Source of the DNA: Candidatus Marsarchaeota archaeon
Lineage (GTDB): Archaea; Micrarchaeota; Micrarchaeia; Micrarchaeales; CABMGC01
Reading direction: 5' to 3'
DNA: 42,066 nucleotides
Assembly (NCBI GenBank): GCA_023379055.1
Contig: JAMCSX010000004.1
Span: forward strand, 1 to 42,066
Shown here: positions 1 to 8,970 of the stretch, piece after piece
Position numbering within the stretch: the stretch's first letter is position 1
Layout: each line of letters opens with the position of its first letter
Notes under the pieces: generated by a model
What the model saw: only the letters and a program-made list of their open reading frames with translations
What the model was told of the DNA's origin: nothing
Database searches by the model: none
Position numbers and translations under genes: made by a program

Positions 1-2
1 GT

Positions 3-191
3 GCGAATGCCGACGTCGGACCTTCTGTCGAATCTCAAAAAGTCATGATCGAGGAAAGCAGATCTGTTCTCCCTGAATTCAGATCATCTCTTTGCAGGCT
101 CAGGCTTACTGATGAGAGAACCAGCAATGCTGGTGCGATAGTAGTGCCAGTGCTTACCGGCTTCTTCAATCTCGGCGTCTTAACAACGTGA
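3..191 (+). pseudogene. 3' end of a probable IS5-family (DDE_Tnp_4-like) transposase, truncated by the window edge
   Basis: Frame 3 is open to TGA at 189-191 (..SQKVMIEESRSVLPEFR..IVVPVLTGFFNLGVLTT*), resembling the 'RV.IE..L..FR...G..NL' C-terminus of DDE_Tnp_4 transposases; followed by an IS5-like terminal sequence TTTTCAGAGGGTTCC. Confidence 0.4.
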
Positions 192-214
192 GCGGGAAAT
201 CCCACACTCTTTTC

Positions 215-245
215 AGAGGGTTCCCTTTAGAGGGTTCCCTTTAGA
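215..245. repeat. 14-bp tandem direct repeat AGAGGGTTCCCTTT x2 (+AGA)
   Basis: Copies at 215-228 and 229-242, read directly. Confidence 0.9.
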
Positions 246-330
246 CCAACATAATTGATTTCTCCTCCTAGCACCTGACGCCGCAACAAGTCAGATAATG
301 TTGCGGCGTGATGTATAAACAGGTGCAAAC

Positions 331-1308
331 ATGGAAATAGCAATAGACCTCGGAAAGTGGAAGAGTTACGTTGTCATGGAAGACAACGGCAAGATTGTAA
401 AAGAAGGATACACGGGGACGACAAAAGAGGAGTTCTTCGCATTCTTCGGACAAGTAAATAATCCGAAGATAATAGTTGAGGCCAGTAGTACTGTAAACAG
501 GATTGCGAATATTTTTGAAGGATATGACCTTACCGTAGCCCATCCTGCAAAAGTCAAACTGATTGCACAGTCGGTAAAGAAGACAGACAAAGTTGATGCG
601 CATACGATAATGGATCTGTACAAAAAGGACTATCTTCCGAAGTCTTATCTGCCGTCAAAGGAGATAAGGGATATGAGAGACATCTGCAGAGAGAGGTCTT
701 TTCTGGTAGGGCAGAGAACCGCAATCAAGAACAAGATACGTTACCAGTCATATTGCCTCGGAATAGAGTTCAAAACATGGACAAAAAGAAACATAAAAAT
801 GCTGAAGGAAGAACCAAAACTGAGGCTCCTGATGACACAACTTGAGTCTACTACTCATACAATAACCTAATATGAACGTATGATAAAAGACGCGGCAGTA
901 GAAGACGCCAATGCAAGACTGATAGACACAATACCTGGAATCGGAAAAGTAAGTGCATTGATCATTGCATCTGAAATAGGAGATGTAAATCGTTTCCCAT
1001 CAGAGGAAAACATCTTCGCATACACGGGATTGGTGCCAAGAATATACCAGTCTGGCAATAAGGAATGGAAGGGCCACATTACAAAAGGCAATGGCTTCCT
1101 GAAGTGGACGTTGGTAGAATGTGTAGGGATACACATAATGAACTCTACAGATTCGCCTATAACTGCAGCCTATGAACGCATACGAGAAAGAAGAGGAAAC
1201 AAAAAGGCAAAGATTGCAGCTGCAAGACATATGCTGCGGGCAATCTATTATATGCTCAAACGGAATCAGAATTTTGATTCCTATTTGGGAGGCAGGAGGA
1301 TGCGTTGA
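331..1308 (+). pseudogene. IS110 transposase/recombinase interrupted by one in-frame TAA (868-870)
   Basis: ORFs 331-870 and 880-1308 are in the same frame; RuvC-like DEDD motifs (IAIDLG, IVEAS, KTDKVDA) and Tnp20 domain (TIPGIG, IASEIGD..RF, YQSG catalytic Ser). Confidence 0.92.
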
Positions 1309-1490
1309 TCCCACCGTGTTGCGATGCAACGTGCTTTAGACTAACGCCCTCCTGCCCTAATGAAAGTCAGAATATCGCACTGCGATGAATAGTAGAGCAT
1401 TATGAAAGTATTAAAAGATGAATGGTGATAAATGATTAACCGAGAACATTATTCTGGCCACGCGGCTCTTGCCGCTAGGTCGGAGGAATT
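1309..1490 (+). ncRNA. putative bridge/seek RNA of the IS110/IS1111 element
   Basis: Downstream non-coding end; hairpin GTTGC-GAT-GCAAC; GTGC/GCAC-closed loop containing TTTAGACTAAC, matching the left flank; ATTAAC at 1435-1440 matches the donor end. Confidence 0.6.
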
Positions 1491-1825
1491 AACATAGTAG
1501 CCGGTGTTGAGAAGCTGTTAAAGCAGTAATCATGTCCCGGATCCGGGTCAAGGTGCTTCATATTTTTGTCGTCGTGCGTATGTTGTTGTATTAAAGGACT
1601 AGAAGTGACTTATGTCCCAATCCTCCCATTCATAGAAAGGTTTAAATATCACATGAATTAATCGATATATTGTGTTGTTAGTGGCTAGCAAAGTTGCAAA
1701 TCTGAATTGCATGAAGTTCATGTCATCATTGCTAGTCCCAAATATGTGGGTAACATCGATATATTTCCCCATATTGGTTGCATAAGAGCACGACACATAT
1801 ATCTTTTTTTAAAAAGGTGCTCTGG

Positions 1826-2167
1826 ATGCAACAAAACTATACTATTAGGAACAAGAACTTAGGCTTAAGGCTCACTGATAAGGAGCTTATGGTCCTATAC
1901 GAGATTGGGCTCGACTTAATCCCTACTGCCACGGACCTTGTTGAGAATATATCCATAAAGCATATGATATCCCAGAGTGGGGTGTGGTATACACTGAAAA
2001 AGCTGAAGGCCTACGGACTAATAGACTTTGCAGAGAAAGGAGAGGTACACAGGCCCCTTACCCTCTCAGAACTTGGTACGCATGTAATCAGGAGCAGGAT
2101 AGTGGATGTAGAGAACAGGCAGTACCATTATATTATCGGAGTTAAGCCTATTCAAGCAACGGTGTAA
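1826..2167 (+). CDS. winged helix-turn-helix DNA-binding protein
   Basis: LTDKELMVL...ISQSGVWYTLKKLKAYGLIDF..LTLSELG wHTH pattern; ATG at 1826 preferred over TTG at 1778. Confidence 0.75.
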   Translation: MQQNYTIRNKNLGLRLTDKELMVLYEIGLDLIPTATDLVENISIKHMISQSGVWYTLKKLKAYGLIDFAEKGEVHRPLTLSELGTHVIRSRIVDVENRQYHYIIGVKPIQATV

Positions 2168-2370
2168 GGATGTCGCTACAAAAAACAAGAGAAATCTCAG
2201 CAGGAAATCGGTATTCCTTCCTGAGAAAGGCCGAAAAAGATTCAACCCCACGCGATTCCGTTATGCTGGCTCACTGGACGGACGGCACGCCAACCATGAT
2301 ATGGATTTGGTTAGACAATAGATTTTTAAGCTTAGCTTGTTGGATTTAAATTATTAAAAATGGTAGAAAT

Positions 2371-4134
2371 ATGGAGAACAAACCAATCCCGCTTGTTACC
2401 AGAAGCGACCACGAATCCCTTAAGCTACATCGAAGGGGCGAGGCCAGTCCGGTATCTGTAAGTTATCCTCAGATAGGTCATACACTCCTTGATTTTGGCA
2501 ATGTGGGGGGCCTTGACAAGCAGGTAAAGGAACTTATAAAGCGCGTCTGCATACCCGCCGAGCATAGGACATTATTTGAACAAAAAGGACCTGAAAATTC
2601 CCACGGAATATTGATCCATGGCCCACAGGGAACAGGGAAGACTCTTTTGGCTAAAACGTTCATGTCTGAAGTCAACAAAAATTATAAGGATAATGATATC
2701 GGGTATGTTGACTGTGGTAATCTACATGGCGCTTCAGATCTGCAAGAAATCCTATTGGTTATCCTAAATAATATAAAAACGCCGAGTCAAACTAAATATT
2801 CGGCATTAATCATAGACAACCTAGATGTATTATCTTTTCATGACACTTTCCCTGCCCATATGGGTATACTAATCAGGCTACTAATGGAAAACAATGTCAC
2901 GATAATCGGAATAGCCAAGGATAAAGATCGCATTGGCAGTAACTTATTTGAATATGAGATTGAAACGGAGATTCCGGATAAGCGGGCAAGGCTGGAAATA
3001 CTCAAAATACTTACAAAGAATATGGATATTGATCCCAGACTGGATCTACAGGAGGTTGCAAATATGACCGAAGGATACACTGGTAGAGATTTAAAGCTGC
3101 TTCTGGGCGAAGCTACGCTCATATCAGTAGATGGCGCATTGAACAGGGCATTGTCAGTATCTGGCGGAACATACAGCATTAATGATATCGCGCTGGATAA
3201 TATCAGGGGCAGGCCGCAGTACAGGATTAATCAGGTGCACATACTGGCGGCATTAGCAAGGGTCAAACCAAGCGTACTGAAAGGTTCGGAAGTCTGCATA
3301 CCTGATATCAGATGGAAGTCAGTAGGCGGGCTTGAAAAAGTGATAGCCGAGCTGAAGGAGGCTGTTGAGCTTCCCCTCAAAAACCCTGGCGCATTCAAGA
3401 AGTTTGGGATACGCCCAGTCCGGGGCATCATACTTTATGGCCCTCCGGGAAACGGCAAAACCCTCCTTGCGAAGGCAGTTGCAAACGAGAGCAACGCAAA
3501 TTTCATCTCAGTAAAGGCGACTGAGCTATTCAATAAGTATGTCGGTGAGAGCGAAGCGCTCACAAGGCAGCTGTTCAAGAAGGCAAGGGCCGCCGCACCC
3601 AGCATAGTATTCATAGACGAGATAGACGGATTGGGAAAGTCAAGAACCGGAAACATGCTGGACTCAGGAGTGAGGGAAAGCGTGCTTAACACGCTGCTGA
3701 TGGAACTTGACGGCGTCGAAGAGCTTAATGGCGTGGTAGTTATTGGAGCAACCAACAGGCCTGACCTGCTTGACGGCGCATTGCTGAGGCCAGGAAGATT
3801 CGATAACCTTATTGAGATACCTCTGCCAAATGAAGCAGGGAGGCTGGAAATATTCAAGGTGCACACGTCAGGCATGCCGCTTGATCAGGATGTCAAATTT
3901 GTCCAGCTCGCAAAGGCAGCAGAAGGATATAGTGGTGCTGAGATAGAGAATGTATGCAGGGAGGCCGGCATGAATGCCATAAGGCACAAGGAAAAGTCTG
4001 TCCACGCAGAGGATTTTGCATATGCATTAGGTAAGATAAAACCTATGGTGAATGAGAATATAAAAGAATACAGGATGCTCAGACGGGATGAAAGGAAGCC
4101 AATCGGATTCAGCCCTAATCATACTTCCAAATAA
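2371..4134 (+). CDS. CDC48/VAT-like double AAA+ ATPase lacking the N-domain, D1 degenerate
   Basis: D1 GPQGTGKT with Walker B IIDNLD; D2 GPPGNGKT, FIDEID, ATNRPDLLDGALLRPGRFD. Confidence 0.9.
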   Translation: MENKPIPLVTRSDHESLKLHRRGEASPVSVSYPQIGHTLLDFGNVGGLDKQVKELIKRVCIPAEHRTLFEQKGPENSHGILIHGPQGTGKTLLAKTFMSEVNKNYKDNDIGYVDCGNLHGASDLQEILLVILNNIKTPSQTKYSALIIDNLDVLSFHDTFPAHMGILIRLLMENNVTIIGIAKDKDRIGSNLFEYEIETEIPDKRARLEILKILTKNMDIDPRLDLQEVANMTEGYTGRDLKLLLGEATLISVDGALNRALSVSGGTYSINDIALDNIRGRPQYRINQVHILAALARVKPSVLKGSEVCIPDIRWKSVGGLEKVIAELKEAVELPLKNPGAFKKFGIRPVRGIILYGPPGNGKTLLAKAVANESNANFISVKATELFNKYVGESEALTRQLFKKARAAAPSIVFIDEIDGLGKSRTGNMLDSGVRESVLNTLLMELDGVEELNGVVVIGATNRPDLLDGALLRPGRFDNLIEIPLPNEAGRLEIFKVHTSGMPLDQDVKFVQLAKAAEGYSGAEIENVCREAGMNAIRHKEKSVHAEDFAYALGKIKPMVNENIKEYRMLRRDERKPIGFSPNHTSK

Positions 4135-4270
4135 CGAATTATCGTCGAAATCCATATACTTGGGATTAAGTCGTATTTTTATGAGAAATTGCCAAGTCGC
4201 TAAGAGTCAAACACACAGCAAAGCTTAAATAACATTAGCAAAATATAATTGTGATTGCTTTAACGGTGTT

Positions 4271-4630
4271 ATGATGCAGGTTTATGTTGAAAAGCCAAAA
4301 TGCACGGGATGTTCTCATTGCTTTGATGTCTGCCCTGTAGCAGTATTCGAGATGAAGGATAGGGACTCCCCCGACGTGAATAATGATTCTGCCCCAGAGG
4401 AAGCAAAATGGAAAGGGCAGCATACCCCAGAGATAACTGCAAAATGGTCCAATGTACAAGATGGACACAAGCATTTTGCGGAAAAGCACGAGGGAGGGAG
4501 TGGAGGCATATCAGTGGCTGTTAACGGCCCCTCATGCATACTCTGCCAGGCCTGTCTTGTAGAGTGCGAGGGTGAGTGCATAGTAATAACCGACGACACC
4601 AACAACGTATATCATTCGATATACAAGTAG
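4271..4630 (+). CDS. 2[4Fe-4S] ferredoxin with a long central insertion
   Basis: CTGCSHCFDVCP and CILCQACLVEC motifs. Confidence 0.9.
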   Translation: MMQVYVEKPKCTGCSHCFDVCPVAVFEMKDRDSPDVNNDSAPEEAKWKGQHTPEITAKWSNVQDGHKHFAEKHEGGSGGISVAVNGPSCILCQACLVECEGECIVITDDTNNVYHSIYK

Positions 4631-4638
4631 CTACCTCT

Positions 4639-5673
4639 TTATGGTGACTTCATGATCACGAAGTCCACCACTATCTCTATATCTTTTGGTGAGTATGGCC
4701 TTACTATCCTCTTGAAGATTACCTTAAATTTCCTCCCATGCGACTTGAAGAAGTTCCTTAATCTGCCTATGTGCTCCTTGAATGCCGTGTCCTTCCTGCC
4801 AAAAGCGTAGTAGTGCACTATGCACCTTCTTTTCGCTACCTTAAGCACTGAATCTAAAAATTCGAAAGAATCCTTTGGAAGCGGCATGATTATGCGGTCT
4901 GCAAAATGCCTATATGACTTGGATACCTCCTTCACATCTCCAAGAACAGCATCCACATTCTTTGTTTTGTTAAGCCCTATATTCCTAATCATGTATCTGT
5001 ATGCTTGCTTGTTCAGTTCCACTGCAACTACTTCGGCGTCTTTATGGCATTTTGCAATCTCTATTGCAAATGGTCCAACACCAGCAAACATTACCATTAC
5101 CTTCTCTCCTTTCCCAACAATTCCGTTTATCCTACCTCTTTCATATGCAAGTCTCGGAGAGAAGAATGATTTTCTTACGTCTATATTGAATACCGCCCCA
5201 TTTTCCCTGTAAATAGTATCGTATTTTCTCTTTCCCCAAACGTATTCGTACTTTCTTATTCTATACCTTCCGCTTACCGGGCCCGTTTTCCTTATAACAG
5301 TCTTCACATTCTTGTTTATCGACGCAACAGCCCTAGCGACTTTCAACGCATTTTTTCTGTTTTTTGACTCTATGGTGGCTATGTCACCAATTATATCATA
5401 CCCCTTTATCGCATTGCCGTATTCTTCGCCAAGCTGTTCCATGAGCTTCTCCCTGTATGTCGGTTTGCGAGGAATTTCCTTCGAATTCCTATTAACTATT
5501 CCTGCATTGTGTCTGCTTAGAAAGGCGCGTAACCCCGCGTCCGTGCCGCTTATGGGAAAGTATATAAATTCGTCAGCACTAATTATCCTATAATTATTGA
5601 CCATTAGTTTGTGCCTTGCAAGGTATTTTCTTACCTTCTCGGCATTGGACCTCAGTGTCTTGACGCAACGCAT
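4639..5673 (-). CDS. trm5: Trm5/Tyw2-family tRNA (guanine37/wyosine pathway) SAM-dependent transferase
   Basis: YDIIGDIA, ENG..F..D..K.FFSPRL..ER, VMFAGVGPFAI, DRIIMPLP. Confidence 0.85.
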   Translation of the reverse strand: MRCVKTLRSNAEKVRKYLARHKLMVNNYRIISADEFIYFPISGTDAGLRAFLSRHNAGIVNRNSKEIPRKPTYREKLMEQLGEEYGNAIKGYDIIGDIATIESKNRKNALKVARAVASINKNVKTVIRKTGPVSGRYRIRKYEYVWGKRKYDTIYRENGAVFNIDVRKSFFSPRLAYERGRINGIVGKGEKVMVMFAGVGPFAIEIAKCHKDAEVVAVELNKQAYRYMIRNIGLNKTKNVDAVLGDVKEVSKSYRHFADRIIMPLPKDSFEFLDSVLKVAKRRCIVHYYAFGRKDTAFKEHIGRLRNFFKSHGRKFKVIFKRIVRPYSPKDIEIVVDFVIMKSP

Positions 5674-5710
5674 AAGATGATATGTGCATATAACAATAAA
5701 AAGTGATTAA

Positions 5711-6157
5711 TTGTACTTCATAGTAAGAGTAACTGCAAGCCAGGAGAAGATAACCTCAGACATACTGCAGAACAAGGTATCGAGGGGAGGCCAGGACATA
5801 TATTCTATAATAATGCCGCATGGCATGCGTGGATATATAATAGTGGAAGCAGCAAGCGAGATTGCATGCAGAGACCTCATATTAAACGAGCCCCATGTTA
5901 AGGGAATGCTTCCAAAGTCGCTTGAGGAGACCGAGCTTGACAAGCTTCTCGCAGCCAAGCAGACCGCACAGGAAATAAACATAAATGATGTAATAGAGTT
6001 CTTTGCGGGTCCATTCAAGGGGTATAAGGCAAAGGTTATAAAAGCAGACTCGTCAAAGGATGAGATAACCGTTGAACTTATGGATGTTGCAGTGCCAATA
6101 CCTGTAACAACTAAGGCAAGCAAGGCAAGGATAATACAAAAAGCAAACCAAGGATAA
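5711..6157 (+). CDS. spt5: transcription elongation factor Spt5 (NusG)
   Basis: NGN domain (RVTASQE, RGYIIVEA) and KOW (GPFKGYKAKV..VEL..VPIPVT); TTG start after AGTGA. Confidence 0.95.
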   Translation: MYFIVRVTASQEKITSDILQNKVSRGGQDIYSIIMPHGMRGYIIVEAASEIACRDLILNEPHVKGMLPKSLEETELDKLLAAKQTAQEININDVIEFFAGPFKGYKAKVIKADSSKDEITVELMDVAVPIPVTTKASKARIIQKANQG

Positions 6158-6161
6158 TATT

Positions 6162-6629
6162 ATGACTGAGATAGTAGTTAACGGTCTTATAGAGGGTGGA
6201 AAGGCGACTTCAGGTCCGCCATTCGGGCCTGCACTTGGACCGCTCGGAGTAAATACGGCAGCCATAGTGAATGAAATAAACGAAAAGACAAAGGCATTCT
6301 CAGGTATAAAGATACCCGTAAAGGTAACTGTAATAAAGGAGACGAAAGTGTTCAAGGTTGAGGTAGGCTCTCCAACCACTAGTGCGCTGATACTGAAGGA
6401 GTTAGGGCTTCAGAAGGGGGGGAAGGTGAAGGAAGAGATTGCAGGAAACATAACGCTTGAGCAGGTAAAGAAGATTGCACAGGCAAAGGAGGCATCAATA
6501 TACGGGAACTCGCTGGCTTCGAGGGTGAAGCAGGTCCTTGGCACGTGCAAAAGCATGAATATAACCTGCGATGGCGCAAGCGCAACTGAGGCAATAGCAA
6601 AGATAAATGGCGGCGAAGTCAAAGTATAA
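6162..6629 (+). CDS. rpl11: 50S ribosomal protein L11
   Basis: GGKATSGPPFGPALGPLGVN, PPT-like SPTTSALI, GTCKSM. Confidence 0.97.
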   Translation: MTEIVVNGLIEGGKATSGPPFGPALGPLGVNTAAIVNEINEKTKAFSGIKIPVKVTVIKETKVFKVEVGSPTTSALILKELGLQKGGKVKEEIAGNITLEQVKKIAQAKEASIYGNSLASRVKQVLGTCKSMNITCDGASATEAIAKINGGEVKV

Positions 6630-6639
6630 CGTGCGCTTC

Positions 6640-7311
6640 ATGCACAGCAAAATAACCTTTCCTGAACTATACTCCTGCCTGAGAAACAGATTCGGCTTTT
6701 TAGACTGGTGGCCTGGCGATACTCCAGATGAGATAATAATAGGCGCAATACTGACGCAGAACGCTTCCTGGAAAAACGTAGAAAAGGCGATATCTAATCT
6801 TAAAGATGCAGGATGCCTGAGCCTTTCCAGTATAAAAAAGATTAATACAAAGATGCTTGAGGCGTACATACGGCCATCGGGATTCTTCAGGCAGAAGTCA
6901 AGAAGGCTGAAGATATTTGCAAACTACGTCCTCTCTAATTACGATTCATTGGATGTGATGTTCATGAAACCTGTATCTGCGCTGAGATCAGAGCTTCTGT
7001 GCCTTCATGGGATAGGGAGGGAGACTGCAGATTCTATAATACTCTATGCTGCAGAGAAGCCTGTCTTTGTCATAGATGCATACACAAAAAGGATAACATG
7101 CAGGATTTACGATAATAAGAAAGAGCCGGAGTATGATGAATTGCAGCGCATTATCTCATCAGGCATAAAGAGGAATCTAGGGCTTTACCAGGATTTTCAT
7201 GCCCAGTTCGTTGAGCTTGGAAAGAACTACTGCAGAACAGAACCTTTATGTAGTAAATGTCCAGTAAGAAAATATTGCCTTTTCGGTGCAAGATCTGACA
7301 AATCAAAGTGA
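6640..7311 (+). CDS. HhH-GPD endonuclease III-related DNA glycosylase
   Basis: WWP..EIIIGAILTQN.SW.NVEKA, GIGRETADSI.LY, FVIDAYT.R, C-terminal 4Fe-4S Cys cluster. Confidence 0.9.
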   Translation: MHSKITFPELYSCLRNRFGFLDWWPGDTPDEIIIGAILTQNASWKNVEKAISNLKDAGCLSLSSIKKINTKMLEAYIRPSGFFRQKSRRLKIFANYVLSNYDSLDVMFMKPVSALRSELLCLHGIGRETADSIILYAAEKPVFVIDAYTKRITCRIYDNKKEPEYDELQRIISSGIKRNLGLYQDFHAQFVELGKNYCRTEPLCSKCPVRKYCLFGARSDKSK

Positions 7312-7315
7312 ATCA

Positions 7316-8332
7316 ATGGACTTTAAGGATTATGTAAGCAGGAATAAGGACGGCATATACTCAAAGATAATGGAGTATCTGCCAGTCAAGGATCCTAAGG
7401 ATCATTATCGTATAGTCCGTGAGTATAGCGAAAGGAGGGGCAATTACAGGAGGCCCGGATTGCTGATGCTGTGCGGCGAGCTATTCGGATCTTCTGCGCA
7501 AGATCTTATCCTTCCTGCAGCGGCAATGCAGCTGTCAGAAGATTGGATACTCATACACGATGACGTTGAAGATAATTCCGAACTTAGGCGTGGCAAGCCC
7601 GCGCTCCACAGGATATATGGAAATGAGATTGCAATAAATGCAGGAGACGCTGTGCACATAGCCATGTGGAAAATGCTAAAAGATTACATGGTGCAGTCCA
7701 GGCAAGGAAGCAAGCTCTTTGACAAATTTTACAACATGCTCGAGTATACTGTGGCCGGGCAGTACATAGAGACAAATTTCGTCTTCAACACAAGAAGCAT
7801 GAAGTCGGCAACAGAGGACCTTTATCTGAGAATAATAGACAGCAAGACCTGCTATTATAGCGTATACGGTCCAATGCAGCTTGGCGCAATAGCTGCTGGC
7901 CAGGGGAACGACATTCTGGGCCTCTTAAAAAAGATAGGTGAGCCTGCAGGCAAGGCATTCCAAATAATCGATGATGTACTTGATATGACGGCAGATGAAA
8001 AGGAGTTCGGCAAGAAGAGATATGGCGACCTTTATGAGGGCAAGCTCACACTCATAATGCTGCAAACATACAAGAATGCAACCGAGAGAGAGAAAGTTCT
8101 GATAGACAGCATATATGGGAAGAGAAGAGAAGAGAAGACACTGCAGGATATAAATACGCTTGTGGAACTTGTAGATAAATATGGCTGTATAGATTATGCA
8201 AGGTCTGTAGCTGAAAAACACGGTATCGCAGCGATGAACGAGATAAAGAAATCTGAAAAAGTGCTTCCTTCAAATGAATATGTCCAGACCCTTCTATCTG
8301 CAATAGAAGAACTGTATACTAGAGAAAAATAA
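7316..8332 (+). CDS. polyprenyl (geranylgeranyl) diphosphate synthase
   Basis: LIHDDVED..LRRG and FQIIDDVLD aspartate-rich motifs, GDLYEGK.T. Confidence 0.93.
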   Translation: MDFKDYVSRNKDGIYSKIMEYLPVKDPKDHYRIVREYSERRGNYRRPGLLMLCGELFGSSAQDLILPAAAMQLSEDWILIHDDVEDNSELRRGKPALHRIYGNEIAINAGDAVHIAMWKMLKDYMVQSRQGSKLFDKFYNMLEYTVAGQYIETNFVFNTRSMKSATEDLYLRIIDSKTCYYSVYGPMQLGAIAAGQGNDILGLLKKIGEPAGKAFQIIDDVLDMTADEKEFGKKRYGDLYEGKLTLIMLQTYKNATEREKVLIDSIYGKRREEKTLQDINTLVELVDKYGCIDYARSVAEKHGIAAMNEIKKSEKVLPSNEYVQTLLSAIEELYTREK

Positions 8333-8333
8333 T

Positions 8334-8448
8334 GCCAAACAGCAATATGCATTTCCACCCATAAGGGCAGTATTTCATATCGTGAGCCGTCTTAGCTTCC
8401 GAGTTCGGAATGAGTTCGGGCGTTTCCCAGCTCCTATGGCCGTTTGAC
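8334..8448 (-). rRNA. rrf: 5S rRNA
   Basis: Reverse complement GTCAAACGGCCATAG..GAAACGCCCGAACTCATTCCGAACTCGGAAGCTAAG..GCTGTTTGGC; terminal helix I pairs. Confidence 0.93.
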
Positions 8449-8499
8449 ATATTTATATGCAACTATGTCTTTAAAAATCTTCCATTGGCGTTCTGCAGA

Positions 8500-8910
8500 A
8501 CGTGCAGCGCCGTCCACATCCTCGTTGACGTGTATGGACAGTGCCTTAAATATGAATGGGAGCCTATTCGCCGCACTCTCGATTAATCTGTTTACTGCGG
8601 CCGGGCCGTGACCCTGGTCTTTAGCTGTCCTGAGCAGGACCAGCACATTTGGGCATTCATGTTGAAGCACCGCAGCCACCTTCCTCGCATGCATTGGATC
8701 TACGCGTGTATCATTGTCCTAAGACATGAACATTATGGACGTATATTCCTTTCCGGGAATTACATTCACAATTCACCTCCCCCAAACTTGTGGAATTTCA
8801 TCATATTCAATACTGGACATTCACATACCACCGCGCTGAATAACTCCGGCCTCTGCAGCATTACTGATGCTACGAGAAGACCGCCATTGCTTCTTCCGTT
8901 TATTTTTGTA
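8500..8910 (-). pseudogene. prolyl oligopeptidase (S9A) C-terminal remnant
   Basis: GRSNGGLLVAS..QRPELF (Ser), DNDTRVDPMHARK (Asp), DQGHG (His) spread over two frames, with a frameshift/deletion near 8775 and TAG at 8719-8721. Confidence 0.85.
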
Positions 8911-8970
8911 TCTCTTCGCAGGGCGTACCTTAGCCTTCCACACTACACGCACTGCATTATATCGCAAGGT

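Larger units (their letters stand above)
248..1496 (+). mobile_element. IS110-family (IS1111-like) insertion sequence
   Basis: DEDD recombinase gene; AACATA shared at both junctions (248-253 and 1491-1496); imperfect sub-terminal inverted repeats 255-272 / 1474-1492; ~185-nt non-coding right end. Confidence 0.8.

Noticed and set aside
215-245. Tandem repeat as a CRISPR array
   Set aside because: Only two adjacent 14-bp copies, no spacers and no cas genes; no CRISPR array seen anywhere in the window
1500-1560. tRNA-like start (GCCGGTG..) and palindrome CCCGGATCCGGG at 1536-1547
   Set aside because: No T-loop or acceptor pairing; an isolated palindrome is not enough
2170-2349. Short ORF directly after the wHTH gene
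   Set aside because: No recognisable motif and it runs into the promoter of the AAA gene
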